Shown here piece by piece: positions 59,734-64,000 of a stretch of 64,000 bases of DNA. A program made the translations under genes and the position numbers. The notes beneath the pieces were generated by a model, which saw only the letters and a program-made list of their open reading frames with translations, was not told the DNA's origin and did not search any database. Every line of letters starts with the position of its first letter. The stretch's first letter is position 1. The DNA comes from Sulfurimonas sp. GTDB lineage: Bacteria; Campylobacterota; Campylobacteria; Campylobacterales; Sulfurimonadaceae. The stretch is taken from assembly GCF_014859695.1 (NCBI RefSeq), contig NZ_JACUTS010000005.1, positions 4,274 through 68,273 on the forward strand, in the 5' to 3' direction.

Positions 59734-59867
59734 TTAAAAACCCTTGCAAGCAAAATAATTATCGCGATTTTACTACAAAAAGTATTAAAGAATGGTTAGT
59801 GGAATTGTATGATTTGATGAGTAGCTGTTGCTGCTTGCTACAAAGTCAGCAAAAAAGAGGGAAAAGT

Positions 59868-59893
59868 CAAAAGGGCGTAAGATTACCCTTTTG
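59868..59893 (-). terminator. terminator-like hairpin overlapping the flaG stop
   Basis: On the minus strand, CAAAAGGG-taatcttacg-CCCTTTTG forms an 8-bp stem, followed by acttttccctctttttt. Confidence 0.4.
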
Positions 59894-60269
59894 AGTCAAA
59901 AAGAATTCCAGAGACTTCTTTCATTTTTGGAAGAAATCCAACTGCTTCTTCGGCAGGAAATCTTCTTATTACTTTGCTTGTTTCAGCTTCAATTACTGAA
60001 ACATAAAAAATATCTTGAAAGTCAACTCCAAATTTTATATTTGTTGTCAAAGGAGCAAGCGCTTTATTTAGCTCGTTGACTAAATCATGCACCTGCTCTC
60101 TCGAGTCCACTTTTTGAGAATTTTCTACATTTTCTCGCTGCATCTCTTTTACAACATTTGCCTGTTTGGGCTGCTCAACTTCTCTTGCTTGAGGTGCTTT
60201 AGCACCTTGGCTCTCTTGCTGACTTATCTGAGACTGCTGCTGTTTTGCAATATTTGCTATGCCATCCAT
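59883..60269 (-). CDS. flaG: flagellar protein FlaG
   Basis: 128 aa with a Gln/Glu-rich N-terminus. C-terminal FlaG pattern: ...LNKALAPLTTNIKFGVDFQDIFYVSVIEAETSKVIRRFPAEE. Confidence 0.8.
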   Translation of the reverse strand: MDGIANIAKQQQSQISQQESQGAKAPQAREVEQPKQANVVKEMQRENVENSQKVDSREQVHDLVNELNKALAPLTTNIKFGVDFQDIFYVSVIEAETSKVIRRFPAEEAVGFLPKMKEVSGILFDSKG

Positions 60270-60311
60270 GACCTACTCCTTTTCTCAAAGTAAACACTAT
60301 TATTGCAAACT

Positions 60312-60338
60312 AAATCGACACAAAAAAAAATAACTTTA
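60312..60338 (-). promoter_or_regulatory. sigma-28 (FliA)-type promoter upstream of flaG
   Basis: The minus strand reads TAAAgttatttttttttgtgtCGATTT. TAAA and CGAT are spaced as in the TAAAGTTT-N11-GCCGATAA consensus, ~40 nt upstream of the flaG AAGGAG/ATG. Confidence 0.55.
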
Positions 60339-60395
60339 GCAAAGTTGATAAAAAAATAACTTTTTTTGTTTTGGATTTATGATAATCTTGCATTT

Positions 60396-61601
60396 ATGAA
60401 TCAATACATCCAATTACTAAAGTCGGAACCCACGCTTAGAAGACTCTCTACCATACAACTCATCGCCTATTTTGGGGCATGGTTTAGCAATGTTGCCATC
60501 TACACGCTTCTTTTGCAGATGAAGGTTTCTCCTGAAGTTGTCGCCTTTACGGCAATGCTGCATTTTCTCTCTGGAATCATACAGGCACCCTTTTCGGGCT
60601 CGATAATTGATAACATGAAGCCAAAAAAACTTATGTTGATTTTAATTACAGTTGAAATATTTGCTACGCTTTTTTTGGTATTTGTAAATGAACTCTCGGA
60701 TTTGTGGCTTCTTTACACGCTCGTGTTTCTTAAGATGGCGGCGGCTAGTTTTTACTTCACAACTGAGATGTCTCTTCTGCCAAAACTCCTAGGAGGAGAG
60801 AAACTTCAAAAGGCAAACGAGCTTCACTCCATTATCTGGTCGCTCTCCTATACTTTAGGTATGGCAATCAGCGGTTTTGTTGTTTTTTTGTTTGGAGTAA
60901 AAATAGCCTTTATTCTCGATGCCTCCATGTTTGTTGTTGCCTTTTTCCTGCTTTACAGGCTCCACATAGAAGTAGAGTTTATTAAGAGCAAAGAGAGCCT
61001 AAAAGAGATGATGCACGATAGTTTCAGATACTTTAAGAGAAACCCGCATGCCGTTCACTTAATGCTGATGCACTCCTTTGTAGGATTAACCGCCTTTGAT
61101 GCGTTGGTAGCACTTATGGTAGACAAATATTACGCCTCCATCATTGCAACATCGCTTGCTCTTGGGCTTTTGCATGCTTCAAGAGCAGTCGGTCTGGTTA
61201 TTGGACCCGTCATTCTTGGAAACTGGGTCAACAATAAAAGGCTGGCAAATATTTTTATCTTTCAAGCATTTGCAATTTGGCTCTGGGCATATTTTATGGA
61301 AGATTTTTATATGTCGTTATTTGCAAGCGTAATCGTGGGGCTTTTCACCACGACTTTGTGGTCCTACACATACACGCTTTTGCAAAAAAATATAGAACAG
61401 AAATATTACGGGCGAATAGTGGCATATAACGATATGCTCTTTCTGACATCGGCAACAATTACATCTTTTATGATAGGATTTTTGGCAACGAAGGGTTTCT
61501 CACTGGAGTTTATAACATTTCTTATTGGCCTTGGGTTTATTGTCGGTGCAGTTTATTTTAGATGGGTACTTGCTACTCAAAATATTAAAGAGATAGGATA
61601 A
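60396..61601 (+). CDS. MFS transporter
   Basis: ~12 predicted TM segments. I prefer ATG 60396 (MNQYIQLLK...) over the track's TTG 60366. Confidence 0.75.
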   Translation: MNQYIQLLKSEPTLRRLSTIQLIAYFGAWFSNVAIYTLLLQMKVSPEVVAFTAMLHFLSGIIQAPFSGSIIDNMKPKKLMLILITVEIFATLFLVFVNELSDLWLLYTLVFLKMAAASFYFTTEMSLLPKLLGGEKLQKANELHSIIWSLSYTLGMAISGFVVFLFGVKIAFILDASMFVVAFFLLYRLHIEVEFIKSKESLKEMMHDSFRYFKRNPHAVHLMLMHSFVGLTAFDALVALMVDKYYASIIATSLALGLLHASRAVGLVIGPVILGNWVNNKRLANIFIFQAFAIWLWAYFMEDFYMSLFASVIVGLFTTTLWSYTYTLLQKNIEQKYYGRIVAYNDMLFLTSATITSFMIGFLATKGFSLEFITFLIGLGFIVGAVYFRWVLATQNIKEIG

Positions 61602-61637
61602 GACGATATTGCGATGCTCGTGCAGAATAAGCAATAG

Positions 61638-61964
61638 TCAGTAAAGCTTAGATTGCAGGTTAAATCTCTTGTAGTAGACATCTATCATTTTCCTTAGCGT
61701 CTCATCGTCAAGAGTGCTCTTGTTTTTTACGCCAAATTTTTTTATGTATTCAGAAGGAAGAATAGATTTTTCGGCTATAGGCTCTTTGAGATACCCAAAT
61801 ATAGCCTCTTTGATCTTTTCTTCACTGCTGTATTTGAGGGTATATTTTTTCATAATAACATGAAATTTAAAATCACCCCCATGACAGTTTAGACAGTTCT
61901 TATCAAACTCTGAAGCGTTTAAAAAAGCAGAGATGAGAATAAAAAGAGCAATTTTTTTTACCAT
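61638..61964 (-). CDS. small periplasmic protein with one CXXCH heme-c motif
   Basis: Signal peptide MVKKIALFILISAFLNA followed by CLNCHG. Its ATG overlaps the histidine kinase stop (ATGGTAA). Confidence 0.6.
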   Translation of the reverse strand: MVKKIALFILISAFLNASEFDKNCLNCHGGDFKFHVIMKKYTLKYSSEEKIKEAIFGYLKEPIAEKSILPSEYIKKFGVKNKSTLDDETLRKMIDVYYKRFNLQSKLY

Positions 61965-63106
61965 GTCAGAGTCACCTTTGTCCCTTTGTTTGGTTTTGAG
62001 TCTATATCTATCTCCATACCATACTCCTCTGTTATCGATTTTACTATGCTGTAACCGATTCCAAATCCTCCTTGGGATTTATCGAACCTCAGGTATCTTG
62101 TAAATATTTTATCCAGCTCCTCTTTGCTCATCCCTTTGCCCCCATCTTCTATGGTTAGGTGTGTCTCATCCAGAGCGATTTTTATTTTGGTCGCTTTGTT
62201 TGTGTATTTGATCGCATTTGAGAGGATATTGTCTATAAGACGCTCCATTTTTTGTTTGTCCGCCGTAAAATGTACACTCTCTTTTATATCTAAGACAAAC
62301 TCTATCTTTTTCATATTTGCCATATTTGCGAAGTACTCCACTCTTTGAAGCACTATCTGGGAGAGATTCAGATCTACATTTTGAAGCGATGTTTTATGAT
62401 TTAAAAGCAGATAGACTAAATCTTCATAGAGATTTGAGATGCTCATGGAGGCAATCTTTATGCGCTCTAGCTTTCTTAATGTTTTTTCGTTGCAGTTTGA
62501 AGAGTCGATGGTCTCTATGTTTGTAAGTATCGCCGTGATGGGAGTGTTTAGCTCATGTGTTGTATCTTTTATGAAGTTATCAAGAAGTTTTATGTTCTCT
62601 CTAATTGGTTTTAAAACCAGATTTACGAGAAAAAACGAGGTAATAATTGTAATAAACATAACGATAATTGCAATATAGATTAGATTACTAAGTATATTTA
62701 TATCTTTAGTCTCTTTTTGCACAACAATATAAGCGGCACCCATGTAGTAGGGAGATAGAGGAGAGATGAGGTAGGATTTTGAATCTTTTATAAAGAAGTT
62801 GTTATCCAACTTTTTGACCTCTTCATCAAGAGTGCTAAAGATAAGATTTTTGTCTATGTCGTAAATGGCGCTTTTAAAATTCTCAAATCTAGGATACTCA
62901 AGTTTTTCGTCGTTCTCCTCGTGCAACAAAGAGAGCCTCTCTTCGACCTGAGTGGCGTATCTCTTTAAAATCTCCTTTTCGTCATGTAACACTTGGTCTT
63001 GTTCATAAAAATAGTAACCTGTAAAAAGAGTAACGATCAGGAGCAGTGTGGAGCTAAGGTAGAGCCCCAAAACATAGATAATACTTCTTCTCTCTCCGCT
63101 ATACAA
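61958..63106 (-). CDS. sensor histidine kinase (HisKA + HATPase_c, two TM helices with periplasmic loop)
   Basis: H-box THELNTPITAI, N-box LIDNILSNAIKY and G-boxes EDGGKGM / GGFGIGYSIV. Confidence 0.9.
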   Translation of the reverse strand: MYSGERRSIIYVLGLYLSSTLLLIVTLFTGYYFYEQDQVLHDEKEILKRYATQVEERLSLLHEENDEKLEYPRFENFKSAIYDIDKNLIFSTLDEEVKKLDNNFFIKDSKSYLISPLSPYYMGAAYIVVQKETKDINILSNLIYIAIIVMFITIITSFFLVNLVLKPIRENIKLLDNFIKDTTHELNTPITAILTNIETIDSSNCNEKTLRKLERIKIASMSISNLYEDLVYLLLNHKTSLQNVDLNLSQIVLQRVEYFANMANMKKIEFVLDIKESVHFTADKQKMERLIDNILSNAIKYTNKATKIKIALDETHLTIEDGGKGMSKEELDKIFTRYLRFDKSQGGFGIGYSIVKSITEEYGMEIDIDSKPNKGTKVTLTW

Positions 63107-63755
63107 GTTTATATCCGAAATTTTTGATGCTTTGTATATGCTCTTTGCCTATATGTTTGCGCAGGTTTTTCACATAGGTTCTTAGACTCATGTAGCTGTG
63201 GCTTTCGTTAAACTGCCAGACGTTTTGGTAGATGTTCTCAAAGCTAACGCACTCATCTTTATGCTTTAAAAGCAGTTTAAGCAAAAGGGACTCTTTGTTG
63301 CCCAGCGTTATTTTTTCTTCCTCTTTTATAAGCTCGTTTGAGTAGAGGTTAAAATCTACGGCATCGTTTATTTTGATGAGTTGTTCATGTGTTTTGTACT
63401 CCCGCTTTAACAGAGCGTTTATTCTAAGAAGAAGCTCTTTTAGTGCAAATGGTTTTTTGATGTAGTCATCCGCACCGCTCTCATAGCCTGAGGATAAATC
63501 GTTCATGCTGTTTAGTGATGTTATAAAAATTGCGGGGGTTGAAATATCTGCACCTCTAAGCTCTTTTAGGAGTTGAAATCCGTTGATTTGGGGGACATTT
63601 ACATCCAGTAAAAAGAGATCAAACCTTGCAGCATAAATAGCCTCTAGCGCCTCATCTCCATCATAAGCGCAAACCACGTCAAACCCCTCATCTTTGAGAA
63701 ACTCTTCAACGGTTTGCGATAGATTAAGGTCATCTTCTAGATATAAAATTTTCAT
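63099..63755 (-). CDS. OmpR/PhoB-family response regulator
   Basis: Receiver motifs (MKILYLEDD, LFLLDVNVP, KP) and a winged-helix C-domain (..RTYVKNLRKHI....I.S.KNFGYKL). Confidence 0.9.
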   Translation of the reverse strand: MKILYLEDDLNLSQTVEEFLKDEGFDVVCAYDGDEALEAIYAARFDLFLLDVNVPQINGFQLLKELRGADISTPAIFITSLNSMNDLSSGYESGADDYIKKPFALKELLLRINALLKREYKTHEQLIKINDAVDFNLYSNELIKEEEKITLGNKESLLLKLLLKHKDECVSFENIYQNVWQFNESHSYMSLRTYVKNLRKHIGKEHIQSIKNFGYKLV

Positions 63756-63772
63756 AAAAAATTATATCCAAA

Positions 63773-63994
63773 TTAAGCATATATCGAAAAGCCTTCACTC
63801 TCTGCTTCGTTTGTGTTTTTGTCGTCCAATATCTCAAGAAGCGTTTTTGTGTAATCTTCAGAACTCATGACAGACGCATCTACCTCTTTCATTTGAGTAA
63901 CTGCCGCCGATCTCTCTTCTTTGCTCATAGAGCTAAGTTGCTCTATCACGCTGTTCTTGTCTTCGGCAGATAAATTTTGCATAATATCTTTCAT
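63773..63994 (-). CDS. small acidic hypothetical protein
   Basis: 73-aa ORF immediately upstream of, and co-directional with, the response regulator. No family recognised. The start lies close to the window edge. Confidence 0.35.
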   Translation of the reverse strand: MKDIMQNLSAEDKNSVIEQLSSMSKEERSAAVTQMKEVDASVMSSEDYTKTLLEILDDKNTNEAESEGFSIYA

Positions 63995-64000
63995 GCCGCC

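Noticed and set aside
61602-61637. Possible terminator between the convergent MFS and cytochrome genes (tattgc ... gcaata).
   Set aside because: It has only a 6-bp stem with an 18-nt loop and no T-tract.

Overview
This is a chromosomal window from a low-GC Campylobacterota (epsilonproteobacterial) genome. The gene content suggests a Sulfurimonas-like chemolithoautotroph, but that is inference only. The central block (rplU-rpmA-obg-proB-fmt-birA-parAB-atpF'FHAGDC-tolQR-TolA/TonB-like-tolB-pal-cpoB-slyD-fabD-mtnN) mirrors the conserved Campylobacter jejuni Cj0094-Cj0117 arrangement.

Left third: partial dapE, an RND efflux trio, then a nickel/hydrogenase maturation cluster (hupE-hypBCD ... hypE-hypX-hypA). 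That cluster is split between hypD and hypE by an AT-rich accessory insertion carrying a ParE-type toxin-antitoxin pair and an McrC-McrB GTP-dependent restriction module.

The most unusual unit lies directly downstream. It is a [NiFe]-hydrogenase with the large subunit encoded before the small one. The large subunit lacks a C-terminal processing peptide and the small subunit has a Tat-like leader. The hydrogenase is chained, with 10-nt and 3-nt spacers, to a methyl-accepting chemotaxis protein whose periplasmic domain carries two CXXCH heme-c motifs. I read this as a candidate H2-sensing chemotaxis module.

Right third (mostly minus strand): argG, an FTR-rhodanese fusion, rplI, hslVU, era, two peptidoglycan shape peptidases (Csd6/Pgp2-like and Csd4/Pgp1-like), and a nine-gene Cts/MSHA-like type II secretion/type IV pilus (competence-type) machinery with no pilin genes. 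These are followed by flaG with a sigma-28-type promoter, an MFS transporter, and an OmpR/HK two-component system coupled to a small c-type cytochrome.

I recognised no rRNA, tRNA, CRISPR array, transposase or integrase. All calls come from reading the translated ORFs and the DNA by eye. No database search was run.
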